Positions 39,108-51,077 of a stretch of DNA of 64,000 bases are shown here, in pieces. This DNA comes from Cyanophora paradoxa CCMP329 (lineage: Eukaryota; Plantae; Glaucophyta). Position 1 is the stretch's first letter, and each line of letters starts with the position of its first letter. Location of the stretch: contig QPMI01000407.1 in assembly GCA_004431415.1 (NCBI GenBank), positions 1 to 64,000 on the forward strand, read 5' to 3'. The position numbers were made by a program, and so were the translations under genes. The notes under the pieces are model-generated. The model ran no database searches. It saw only the letters and a list, made by a program, of their open reading frames with translations, and was not told where the DNA came from.

Positions 39108-42100
39108 AGAAAGTTAATTGCATAACTCGGTTGGGGAGTGTGTGTTGTGGCATGGCGGGGCGAGGGGGGGAGCGCGCTACGCGCCAGCTGGCATAATTAA
39201 AGAGGCCCTTACATAGAGCAGTTCGCAAGTGGTGGCGTCTAGCCCCGTTACCATCGATTTTCGACCACTGCGGGCGCGGGATTCGCGGCGCGGGATCGGC
39301 AAGACAGCTACACGAGTGCTAGGGAATCGGCGCGCATAGGTCCTTTTTGCTAGCGGATCCGCGCTGCGCGCCCGCGCGCCAAGGTCCCGCGCGCCCGCTT
39401 GCGGAGGGGGGGGACAGCGATTCCGTCATGCAGTCCGCGCTGCTAGCGCTCTGGTCGCGTTATGCATGCGCGGTACAGCGCAACGATTGCGCTGTGTACC
39501 GCTTCGGGTCCTCCGCGCTGCCGCCGCCGCGCCAGCGCCGGTTTTGGGGCTGCCCAAAACCGGGGGGGACAGCGTTACGAGGCACCAGCTCCAGCCACAC
39601 ATCGCCCGGTGTGCGAAACGCTCGAGCGCGTCGCAGTCCCCAGGCGCCGCCGCTATATCTGGCGCCTCCATCTGGCCCCGCTCGCCGCCGCAGTACACGG
39701 CGACTACACGCCGCACATCGCGGCACATGTACAGCTACTGTTATAGGTCCGTGGCTCACTTTGCATCGTGCTCGGTTCGCTCACCGCGGGCGATCCGGCG
39801 CGGCGCATCTGGCGGTTCGTCGCCCTCGCGCCGCCGCCGCATGTCAACGCGATCCCGTGCGCGCTCCATCACGAGCCGAAAAGCCGGCGCTGAGGTCTGC
39901 ACACGCCCGCGCCGCCGGGCCGCCCCCTGCGCCGAGCGCCGACCGCGGCCTGCCCGCGCTCATTTGCGCAGGGCGATCTCCGTTACCGCGCGTGCTCTGG
40001 GGGCACCTCGCCGTCGACGCATGGGACTCAATGGCTGCTGGCGTCTTGCGCAGTCAGATCCAGGATCGCCGATGAGCTGCAGCATGCCGCCCCCATGCCC
40101 TGCGCGCGCGCGCTTCGCCACAACCACGTATCCGCGGTGCGCGGGCCAGCCGCCTTTGCGCGCTCTTTGATATTCAATAGGAGGGTCTTTTTGAGCGTGG
40201 CGTCAGCCACGCTGGACGCTGCTCGCGCAGGGATCCCGCCCCCCGCCGCCCTGCCAACCACGTACCCCGGTACGAGGCCCGGCCCCCGCCCCCGCCCCTG
40301 GCTCTGCCCGCCGGGGCTCTAGTGCCGCGCCCGGAGGGCCGCCGAATCGCTTGGGAGGCGACGCTGAACGCTGCTCCCGCAGAGCCCCCGCCCCCCGCCT
40401 CCCCGCCCCCCCGCCAACCACGTACCCCGGTACGAGGCCCGGCCCCCGCCCCCGGCCCTGGCTCTGCCGGGCGGGGCCCTAGTACCGCGCCCAGACGGCC
40501 GCCAAATCGCTTGGGAGACGGCGCTGAACGCTGCTTCCGCAGAGCCCCCGCCCCCGCCCCCCCCCCCCCCCCAACCACGTACCCCGGTGCGGGGCCCGGC
40601 CCCCGCCCCCGGCCCTGGCTCTGCCGGGCGGGGCCCTAGTATCGCGCCCAGACGGCCGCCGAATCGCTTGGGAGGCGACGCTGAACGCTGCTCCCGTAGG
40701 GCCCCCGCCCCACACCCTGGCTCTCCGTCGCCCCGCCAACCACGTACCCCGGTATGAGGCCCGGCCCCCGCCCCCGGCCCTGGTTCTGCCGGGCGGGGCT
40801 CTAGTGCCGCGCCCGGTGGGCCGCCAAATCGCTTGGGAGGCGGCGCTGAACGCTGCTCCCGCAGAGCCCCCGCCCCCCGCCTCCCCGCCCCCCCGCCAAC
40901 CACGTACCCCGGTGCGAGGCCCGGCCCGCGCCCCCTGCCCTGGATCTGCCTGGCGGGCCCTAGTACCGCGCCCGGAGGGCTGCCGAATGGCTTGGGAGGC
41001 GGCGCTGAACGCGGTTTCCGCAGGGACCCCGCCCCCCGCCCAGGTTTGGGCGCCCCCAAAACCGGGGGCTGACGCTGTGACGGGCGCGCGGAGCGCATGC
41101 AGCGGCCTTTCATAGCCATCGTGGCACTGCGTGGCAGCGGCCTGCAGCGGCCTTTCATAGCCATTAGTCGAGAACTTCGGAAGCGTGGCACTGCGACATG
41201 TTTATTGAGGTTTTAATTTGTACCAAGCTCTCGATTAATATTCACAGCCCCCGGTGGGCACTCGTGCAGTACTAGTTTGTTGACATACTATGATACTTGC
41301 AAGGATGGCTATGTATTGCAAGGATGAGTGCAAGCTTACTTGTCGGATGTCGACATACTTGCAAGCTTAAGGGGCCCGCGGCCGGGCCTGGCCATGGGGT
41401 TCGGCGCGGGCTTTAGATCTTGATCATGATCTGATGATCGATATCTACTAGGTACTAGGGCCCCGCCCGGCAGATCCAGGGCCGGGGGCGCGGGCCGGGC
41501 CTCATACCGGGGTACGTGGTTGGCGGGGCGGCGGGGGGCGGGATCCCTGCGCGAGCAGCGTCCAGCGTGGCTGACGCCACGCTCAAAAAGACCCTCCGAT
41601 TGAATATCAAAGAGCGGGCAAAGGCGGCTGGCCCGCGCACCGCGGATACGTGGTTGTGGCGAAGCGCGCGCGCGCAGGGCATGGGGGCGGCATGCTGCAG
41701 CTCGTCGGCGATCCTGGCTCTGACTGCGCAAGACGCCAGCAGCCATTGAGTCCCATGCGTCGACGGCGAGGTGCCCCAGAGCACGCGCGGTAACGGAGAT
41801 CGCCCTGCGCAAATGAGCGCGGGCAGGCCGCGGTCGGCGCTCGGCGCAGGGGGCGGCGCGGGCGTGTGCAGACCTCAGCGCCGGCTTTTCGGCTCGTGAT
41901 GGAGCGCGCACGGGATCGCGTTGACATGCGGCGGCGGCGCGAGGGCGACGAACCGCCAGATGCGCCGCGCCGGATCGCCCGCGGTGAGCGAACCGAGCAC
42001 GATGCAAAGTGAGCCACGGACCTATAACAGTAGCTGTACATGTGCCGCGATGTGCGGCGTGTAGTCGCCGTGTACTGCGGCGGCGAGCGGGGCCAGATGG

Positions 42101-42660
42101 AGGCGCCAGATATAGCGGCGGCGCCTGGGGAGTGCGACGCGCTCGAGCGTTTCGCACACCGGGCGATGTGTGGCTGGAGCTGGTGCCTCGTAACGCTGTC
42201 CCCCCCGGTTTTGGGCAGCCCCAAAACCGGCGCTGGCGCGGCGGCGGCAGCGCGGAGGACCCGAAGCGGTACACAGCGCAATCGTTGCGCTGTACCGCGC
42301 ATGCATAACGCGACCAGAGCGCTAGCAGCGCGGACTGCATGACGGAATCGCTGTCCCCCCCCTCCGCAAGCGGGCGCGCGGGACCTTGGCGCGCGGGCGC
42401 GCAGCGCGGATCCGCTAGCAAAAAGGACCTATGCGCGCCGATTCCCTAGCACTCGTGTAGCTGTCTTGCCGATCCCGCGCCGCGAATCCCGCGCCCGCAG
42501 TGGTCGAAAATCGATGGTAACGGGGCTAGACGCCACCACTTGCGAACTGCTCTATGTAAGGGCCTCTTTAATTATGCCAGCTGGCGCGTAGCGCGCTCCC
42601 CCCCTCGCCCCGCCATAGCACAACACACACTCCCCAACCGAGTTATGCAATTATCTTTCT
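39108..42660. mobile_element. Foldback-like long inverted-repeat element (arms about 39108-40325 and 41452-42660)
   Basis: Two ~1.2 kb near-identical arms in opposite orientation (mirror ORFs 39347+ and 42421-) around a ~1.1 kb spacer. No transposase seen. Confidence 0.75.
40250..41040 (+). repeat. GC-rich ~160 bp minisatellite, about 5 copies
   Basis: Recurring unit ccaaccacgtaccccggt..ctagt..aatcgcttgggaggcg.cgctgaacgctgct. Confidence 0.9.
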
Positions 42661-42899
42661 AGCAGAATGCGCTCTTGTGTCCCTGATATGCGACTAGACC
42701 GACAGCTACGAGGGTGCGAACGAAATATAATGAAGAGAAGCGGCATCCAATAGCTAGACTCCCATATAGTCGTAATTTTGATCCACCTAGGGCTTGTAAC
42801 TAAGCTTGTCGTTTAGACGATCGTCGTAATTCTTCAGTGCCAGCTATAGTGTTCGTAATCGGGGGCGCGGCGAGAGGGGGGCGCGGGGGCGGCGCACCG

Positions 42900-44310
42900 C
42901 GGAGGGACGTCAGCTGCCCGATGGCGCGGGGGCTGGCGCCGTTGCCGAAGGACCCGACCTCGAGGCGCACGAGCCCGGCCGCGAGCCGGGCGGCGGCGGA
43001 CTCTGCGACGGCCGCGTCCATGATCCAGGCGTCGAGCCGCAGCTCTGCGAAGGGGCGTCGGCTCGGCGCGCGCGCGCGCGCCCGGTGGCGGGCGGGGAGG
43101 GGGGGCGGACCGCCGAGGGCGGGGAAGAGCGTGACGAAGTCGCCGAGCTCGGCCGAGACGGGCCTGACGTTGCGGAGCTCCAGCTTGACGATGCGCTCCC
43201 GCGAGGCGAGGCCTAGGGGCGCCGCGTGGGGCTCGGCGCAGGGGTAGCCCGTCCTGTCGAACGCCGTCGCGTCCAGGCAGACGCGGGCGAGGCCGGCGAT
43301 GAGCCCCAGGGGCGCGAGGGAGAACGCGCGCAGGCCCGTCCCGCCGACGTCCACGCGCAAGGCGTCGTACCCCCAGTCGTAGTCGAGCTCCGCCTCGTTG
43401 CGGCCCTGGCCCGCCGGCGTCGGGCGTGGTCGGGGCCGGCTGGCGGGGCGGGGCGGGGGCGGGGCGGGGCGGGGCGGGGCGGCGCACGACGGGGTGGAAC
43501 TTGACGAGGAGCTCGGTGATCCCACCGAAGAACGCCCCGAGCGCCGCGCACGCGCGCTCCAGCGCGGCCGTGGCCGACCCGCGGTCGTGGAGCCGGTCCT
43601 GCATCACGTAGACCCGCACGAGAGCCCGCGGGATCACGGCGCCTCGCAGGAGACGGTTCACCGCCTTGCATACGAGACGGGAGCGGAGCAGCACGCCGGC
43701 GTCGACCCACCCCGACTGCGGGTCTGCGAAGGCGCGGGTGGGCGGGCGGGGAGGGCGGGCGGCCGAGGGGTGCGGGCGGGTGGGCGCGGGGGAGGCACCC
43801 GCCGCGAAGGTCAGGGCCAGGATGATCTTGGCCTGCAGCTCGTCCGGCAGGTCCGCGAAGCCCGCCACGGTGGCGGCGGCCTGGCGGGAGGGCCCCCGAG
43901 TGTGGCGGGGGCGGCGCGCCCGCCTGCGCGGGAGGGGCGCACCTCGGAGCCCGTTGTCTGGCGCCTGGAGGCGCGACGTGGGCTCGGCTGCGGCGGGGCA
44001 CGCCCCTGGCCCCGGAGCCTGGCGGACCGCCGGACGGCGGCGGGGACGGCGGCGCCCTGCGGGGCGGCCCGTCCCCTTCCCAGTCAGCGCCCGAGCCCAT
44101 ACCTCATCACCGTGCGGGGGTGCGGGGCGCCGCGGGAAGGGGCACCGGTGGCGGCGCGGCGAGGGCGGCGTCGCGCGCCGCCGCGGCGGCGGCGGCGGCG
44201 GCGACGACGGCGACGGGGGTTGCGGAGCGACTGGAAGGCGGCGACAGCGAAGCGCGCGCGGAGGAGGGGCCCGCGGCCGCGCGCTGGCGGACGTTGCCTG
44301 GTGCGCCCAT
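42900..44310 (-). CDS. Probable F-box protein, very GC-rich, spliced; ends uncertain
   Basis: F-box-like GFADLPDELQAKIILAL..VLLRSRLVCKAVNRL; downstream Leu-rich exons separated by ccgcccc-rich introns. Confidence 0.5.
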
Positions 44311-44931
44311 GGCGACTGCTTCCTTATTCTTGTGCATTGCATCGTCTTCTCTCGGTCACAGAACCTATCCGAGAGCTGAGAGCGAAGTGGACGTGCATCA
44401 GAGTACTTCGTACCATTTTGGATTGGTGCTATTACCATCCCGCATGCACACGTCGAAAAGGAATGAGCAGCCTGCGCCACGGCCCCACTCTAGCCTCGTT
44501 GTGTATCGGTAGTCCGGCATGTACCAGCCCCTGAATGGAAGAGTCAGGCATCAGTCAATAGTAGCGCTTGTGCACGTACGAGTCCTGCAGCAGGCCAAAC
44601 TGGATGCCTCCCGTGATCACCGGGCCCAGCTTCGGGTCAGTGTACCCCAGGCGCTTGGCGTACTCCTCCAGCGTCACCGGACTCCTGCCGGGGCCCATGG
44701 CAACGCGCCCCTCCTCGTCGAGCATCTGCAGCCACGCCCGCGGGTAAGATCGGAAGGCAGCGAGATGGAGAGAGAGAGGGGGGGCTTGCGCCGGATCGGA
44801 AGCTATGCCAAGCGCGCCAGTTAACGCGGCACTCCTCCAGGGGGAAAGCAGCGAGCGGGAGCTCCGGTCCGGCGCCGGCTGAGCTTGGTGACGTCGCCGG
44901 CGAAGCTGCGCGCCAAAGGCGGCATGCGTGG

Positions 44932-47017
44932 GTGGCCGGGGGCAATGTGGACGATGTCGCGGACGGAGCTTTTCACAGGAGGCGGGAGGACGTGCGGAAA
45001 ACGGAATTCGTAGCACAGTCGCGAGGATACCAAGCTCGAGTTGCGGCACTCGAACGAGAGGTGGACACTGCGCGACTGGAACTGAAGCTCGACGATGCTG
45101 GGCTGGAACTAAAGCAACTGCACGACAGAAGAGCGGAGGAGCGTTTTGAGGAAGGTTCGACCGTCCTGCTATTTTTTGGGAATATTTTCTTATCTCCACT
45201 GCAAGAGAGGGAGCTGCTAGAGCAAACACGTCGCATCAAATTGTCCATCGCCAAACTCCGTCAGTGCATACAGGAAGGTGGTGTTGGCCATGACTGTGCG
45301 TGTAAACTTGATCACCCGCGTTTCCAAGTTTGTGTCAGAGGGCACAGCAGACGTGGAGCGCCTTAAGTCCTGCATGGATGCTGCAGAATTCGAGCTCCTG
45401 GCTTTCCGAAATCGTCAACACTCGAGGTACGGCCTTGGCAACTTCAAACACACCGTATCCAAAGACGTGTACGGCAGATTGGATGCTCTGAATTCGGAGG
45501 AGAAGGAACTCTCTCGCGATTTGGCTGCATGTGTGAAGCGTTTCGAAGGATGGGTTCACGGCGCTCAAGATGCTGGAGGTCACAGTGCAAAGTTCGGGAA
45601 AGCGGACCAGACCGTTGATGGTCCGACCAAAGAGATCGTCAGTGGGGATGAGCAGGATTCCGGAAGCCAGCGACAGCTTCCACCTGAAGTACTCGCATTC
45701 CAGGTCCGTGTTTTTTTGTAGAGCACCTGAGACTCGAATTGATAATCCGCAAGAAATTCCTGGATTCGAGAGGAGGGCACACAGGCGGCTGGGACCCACG
45801 TGATCATGCTGATTTTCTAAGGCTTTACTCCCGACACAGCAGTGCGCCAGAGGTGCTTGTAGAGCGCGCATCCAGGGAGATCATTGGACAGGTGACGACA
45901 GCCATCCAGGAGCACATCGAATGGTCCCTTGGCTCTCGCATTCACATTCGACTCTCCTTCCGACCCTTCGACAGGTACAAGCGATACTTGGAGCTTCAAA
46001 TCAGACAGCGAGAAGCAATCCGGCTTTGGAAAGAAGGCAAGAAATCGAAGATCATAGCGGTCGTCGAGGACGCTGTACAGACAACCGATGCGTCATTCGA
46101 ACGAAGAAGGAAGCAAGAGGCCGAAGAAGCACACCTTCGGGAGCGAGAGGAGAAGTTGCAGCGCCTTGCTGCCTGGAAGGCGAGCGAATTGTTTCTGCGT
46201 TCCAACCAATGATAGATTACAACTGCAGGCCCAAAAACGAAAGGAGGTGGAAGAAAAGTGCCAGAAGAAGATGCAACAGGACGAGGAGCACCGAAAACAG
46301 CTGACAACAGTCCAGAAACGACAGGCGTGAACTTTGTCTTCGTCTCATCGTTGAAACCTGACGAGGCACATTTCTCAGTCTGCATTGAAGGAACAAGTGA
46401 CACAGTATCAGCGTGAAAAACAAGCAGCCAAACAGGCACGAAAAGAAGCAGAAGAAGCCGCAGAAGAAGCTGCAAAAGCTGCAGCAAGGGGTGTGCGGCG
46501 AGATCCAAGTGCTCTTTGGGAGCGGGTCCGAGCTTCTGATCTCAGATCTGCACTATGCTTTTGTTGATGCCATGCAGGACAAGCTTTTGGCACTCCGTAG
46601 GCAAGAGATTAAGCTCCAGGAGCTTTCGGCACAGGTGGAACGGTGTGAGAGGCAAGCCCGCATCCTAGCTCAAGTCCGTTCTCTGCATGTTAGGACCGGA
46701 ATCTGTGTTTGACAGGACAAGCCGTGCAGGTGCCTGTTCCTTGCGTGGCCAGAGATTTCAATCGTCTTGTGGCCCCACAGAGAGTGAGCAGAACCGGACG
46801 ACCCCTGTGCAAGCACGTGCTTTCGGGTTCCCGAAAGAGCCGCTGCTCCTCAATGCCGCTCAACGGTGCATATGTACGATGCATCTTTCGCCTTCGTGGC
46901 TTGACATTTGTCAATGCAGGGCGACGCCTTCGTGGCGGGCGGTTCTATGATCTGAGAGAGAGCTTCCCCCAAGGGCCCGGTGTTGGGTTCCAGCATGTGG
47001 CTTTTGCTACTGTGTGA
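44932..47017 (+). CDS. CCDC112: Coiled-coil domain-containing protein 112, multi-exon; start uncertain
   Basis: GGHTGGWDPRDHADFLRL..IQEHIEW|YKRYLEL..QREAIRLWK, plus long coiled coils. Confidence 0.75.
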
Positions 47018-47388
47018 GGAGCAGCCCACTGGCGATTTCTGCATTTCAGATACACACACACGCTATCTGGGCTAGCCCTGTAGCTGTTCGGACTAGCAGT
47101 GTACGCTGATTAGAAACAAATTAGCCAGCGAGGGGGGGGGGGGGGAGGGAGGGGGGGGGAGGGGGGGGGGAGGGGGGGGGGTGGGGGGGGGAGGGGGCGG
47201 GTATACCTGGAGGAATCGCGTGCAAGGCCTTTGCTTTGGTTTGTAGAACGGCGCGGCCGGCCGCTGCTCCTCCTCGGAATGAGCGAAGTAGCACTGACCG
47301 AAGTTGCAGTCGGGGGTGGAATGATGTCGGCAGCAGGCCATTTCTGCTGTCATGTTCGAAGCCCAATGGTGATCCACTGAGGCCAGGC
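45894..47388 (+). repeat. 1.5 kb direct duplication, copy 1
   Basis: Near-identical to 51077-52580; the differences noted are homopolymer lengths and about one substitution. Confidence 0.95.
47041..47109 (+). repeat. ~70 bp double-hairpin gene-3' element, copy C (after CCDC112)
   Basis: gcatttcagatacacacacacgctatctgggctagccctgtagctgttcggactagcagtgtacgctga. Confidence 0.85.
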
Positions 47389-50300
47389 ACAGCGGTTCAA
47401 GAACCGGGAAGAAAGTCCAGTGGAAAACCTCCGCAAGTACCGTGAAAAAACTCGAAGGGACCTCGAAAGTACAAAGCGGGGTAGAGACGGCTTAGGTACC
47501 GAGTTACTTCCGGCACCGAAACCAGGATCGGCCACCAAAACAGCGTCGGCCCGAAGTCTCGTTCAAGGCCGTAGCTAGGCGCTCCCGTTGCAGCAATGGA
47601 CGCATATCGATCAATACAGGTGTCTCTGATGCCAAGCGCGCGCCCCCGAAGCGATTCAGGTGCACTCCGAGCGAACTGCGTCGTCCCACTCGTTTGACGC
47701 ACTCCGAACAGCAGCCAGGTCGTCGGAGAGTACAGGCAGTCCGAATGTGGGCTAATGGCTGTCCAGCAGCGCAGGCAGGTGCTGTTTTTCAAAGTTGTCG
47801 CTAACGGTCACATTGCACTGAGCCAATTCCGGCCGCAGGCAAGCGCTCCTGCTGGCTGAAACGCATCTAATGACACTGTACAGTAGGCCAGAGTGCTGCG
47901 CCGCTGCCGCCACTGCCGATTGGGTGTGGTGCTGTCGCCGCCGCCGCCGCCCCACTTTTTTAACGAAGCGCAGATCATGCAGACCAGCCGACATGCAAGC
48001 CGTGTCGTCGGTAGAAGCAGATTCTGTCTTCTTGGCCGCCCGCCTTCATGGTCCGCCGCCCGCTTGCATGCTCTCGACCGTCCGACTGACGCACGGCCTG
48101 CACCGATTGCAGCTCGCAGGGCTGGCGGCGGCATGCTATAGCAGAGCTTTCTGAGCGGTGCAGCAATGCCGCGGTCCGTTCGGTTTCCTTTTTCCGGTTG
48201 TCCGCTCTGTCTCCGCCTGCTGACTATGATCGTACGCAGCCAGACGGTGCTGTGCCAGTGCTGTTCTAGATCTGATGATTTAGAAGCGGTTGTGCTGTTT
48301 CGGCGGAGCTGCTGCATCGACGAGCAGCCCGGCCGCCTCGCTCCGCCGGCCGGCCGGCCGGTGCTTCTCGAACCCTGCCGCTTCTAGCTGCTGCTTGCCT
48401 CGCATTGCTAGCGCTAGATAGCGTGGCTTTCAATATCACTGGAGCGCAACTACCGCAGCCAGGCCGCTCTAGATCTGCTGCCGTCTGGCAGGTCGCGTCC
48501 TACTTCAAAACGCCGCTTTCTTTCTGTGTGGGCGCTATTCGGCCAAGCCTAGGATTCTGTGATTTGTTCATGTTTAAGCGAAGAACACACTCTCACATGT
48601 ACATCCAGTCTCAGCTCGCAGCTTGGGGCTTGGTTTGGTCTGCATCCTGGCACGCGTACGCGTACTGCAGCAGATCTGAGCATGCATATGAGCATATTAT
48701 AGCTTGCCCGAGCCTTGGAGCACGCGGCGCCGCGCCCAGCAAGCCGAGGAAGCTGGTCCGCGGGGCCGGCACCCCGTCCACTGCGCACGCCGTCATTCAA
48801 TGCCTGGTCCGTTGCGAGCCCCCCGAGGGCTTGCATTGAAGAGAGAACTCACTTTGACACCGCGCGAACGCTCCGGGGATGAGCTCCGCGACGTTTCCGC
48901 GACGTGCTGATCCAGTGACTCATGATCAGCTGCAGTGACATGAGGTGCGGGGTAAGCGAGTTCGCGACGTGGAAGCTGCAGGCGAGCCGCTGAGCTGTAT
49001 ATGGCCGGGCCTTATTTAACTTAGTAATGTTATCATGCTTAGTTATAGCTGCCGCCACACTCAGTGACTTGCCAAGTTGCCAACTTCTTGACCTTCTTCC
49101 ATTCTGAAATGACGGGTCAGTTTCCTGCAAGTCAGATAGGCTGTTTTGAAATATTTTGACTCAGTGATGCGGTTTTTTGGCAAGTCTTCGGAGGCGGCGC
49201 GCGCGCTTCCGCCGGCTGCTTCTATGCATTATATGCCGTAACTGATGTATTTTGGAGCTTTATAGGCTGCCGGGGCCGCGCGCGACCCTCGGCCTCCTGG
49301 CATTGGCACTGTCACTGAGCCTGGGAGCAGGAACGGTTTTCAGAGCCAAACGTTAACGCGGACATGCGGCGCGTGCGCTTCACATACATCTTCATTGCAC
49401 TTTAACAAAACTCTAAAAGCCCTAAGAGTGTCCCTCGCCGCGCCCGGCCGCGCCTCCGCCGCCCCGGCCGCCAGTGCCCCACGCCGCTGGGCGGCCGCCC
49501 CGTGACACCCCAGGGCCCCGCGACGCTCCGCGCCGCCCCATGCCGTCGGGCGGCCGCCAGCGCCGCCCTGTGCCGCCCCGCGCTGCCTGTGCGGCCGCCC
49601 CGCGACGCCCCAGGGCCGGGCCCCGCGCCGCTCCGAGCCGCCCCACGCCGTCGGGCAGCCGCCAGCGCCGCCCTGCGCCGCCCCGCGCTGCCTGTGCGGC
49701 CGCCCCGCGACGCCCCAGGGCCGGGCCCCGCGCCGCTCCGCGCCGCCCCATGCCGTCGGGCGGCCGCCAGCGCCGCCCTGTGCCGCCCCGCGCTGCCTGT
49801 GCGGCCGCCCCGCGACGCCCCAGGGCCGGGCCCCGCGCCGCTCCGAGCCGCCCCACGCCGTCGGGCGGCCGCCAGCGCCGCCCTGCGCCGCCCCGCGCTG
49901 CCTGTGCGGCCGCCCCGCGACGCCCCAGGGCCGGGCCCCGCGCCGCTCCGAGCCGCCCCACGCCGTCGGGCGGCCGCCAGCGCCGCCCTGCGCCGCCCCG
50001 CGCTGCCTGTGCGGCCGCCCCGCGACGCCCCAGGGCCAGGCCCCGCGCCGCTCCGCGCCGCCCCACGCCGTCGGGCGGCCGCCAGCGCCGCCCTGCGCCG
50101 CCTGCGCCGCGACCTGCGCCGCCGAGATGGCATCAGAGGTGGCATAAACGACGCGGCGGGACAGGGCGAGGCGAGGCATCACGCCTCCGGCCGCGGCACC
50201 CTGCACGGTCATCAGTGCGCAGTGCAAAGGACATCCAGGTTGTGCCATCTAGGTGTGGACAGAATGCGATTGCCGGAAGCCGGCCGCCCGGCGCCTCACG

Positions 50301-51077
50301 CCCGGCATCCAGATAGAAGTGTTCTTGTATGTCCTCTTGCATGACTGGTCATCCTATGGACAGCTGCTGCGGCGCGGGGGTTAGCGCGATGCGGGCGCGC
50401 GGCGGTGAGCACGAGGCGGGGCATGCGGCATCTGCGAATGAGCGAACTGACCTGTCGCTAAACGTCCATCACCTCCAGCCGCTGTGAACGAGACGAACGA
50501 GGGCGAGGGCGCCCCCGGTTCCGCGCGCTCCTCGCTCTTCTGGCGCGTTGCTCCGCTTGCCAAGTTGCTGCAGGCTGCTGAAATATAGTGCTACGATAGT
50601 ACGGCTTGGCGCCTCGCCGATCGCGGCGGCGGCCGCGGGCCTCGCCCGCGCCCGGCGGCCGGCCGCGGCCCGCCGCGCCCGCTGCGGCAGCTCCGCTAAG
50701 TCCAGTTTTTTCGAATTCCCGGGTTCGCGATCGCGTCGCGAGCAAATTTGACTGGCTGGCCGTCGCGATCGATAACACAGATTCGGGCGCCATAACACAG
50801 TCTTAGAGAGATTGAGACGCTCTTCCCGATGGTGCTAAGCTCGATGACGCCGCAGCTCAGGGCGAAGAGCGGCAGCTCGCCGAAGGATTCCTAGTATTCG
50901 CTACGGCGATTTGTCCCCGGGGTCCAACTTGGGGGATTGGACTTGGGATACGTGATTTGTTTTTCCAATTTTTTCGACTCGGCTTTGACGTCAATTTGAC
51001 GGTTCGACGGCAGCTCGGAGGTTTTTAGCTCCTAGACCCGGCTCTTAGCGGTAAGTGCGACTGGAGTTTTTTCACGG
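47389..51077. mobile_element. Putative non-autonomous TIR DNA element between the duplicated segments
   Basis: 14 bp inverted repeat ccgtgaaaaaactc (47440-47453) / gagttttttcacgg (51064-51077); the right copy ends exactly at the duplication breakpoint. No transposase recognised. Confidence 0.4.
49495..50105 (+). repeat. GC-rich 105 bp tandem repeat, about 5.7 copies
   Basis: Period of 105 nt (49603, 49708, ...), visible as 35-aa repeats in the overlapping ORFs. Confidence 0.93.

Noticed and set aside
39347-42421. Long Arg/Ala/Pro-rich ORFs in the inverted repeat and minisatellites (also 28195-28968 and 49340-50344)
   Set aside because: Stop-poor GC-rich repeats open in several frames; the arms differ by a frameshifting indel; no domain motifs.
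44555-44800. Small - strand ORF ending ..LEEYAKRLGYTDPKLGPVITGGIQFGLLQDSYVHKRYY
   Set aside because: Looks protein-like, but no start, splice structure or family could be supported.
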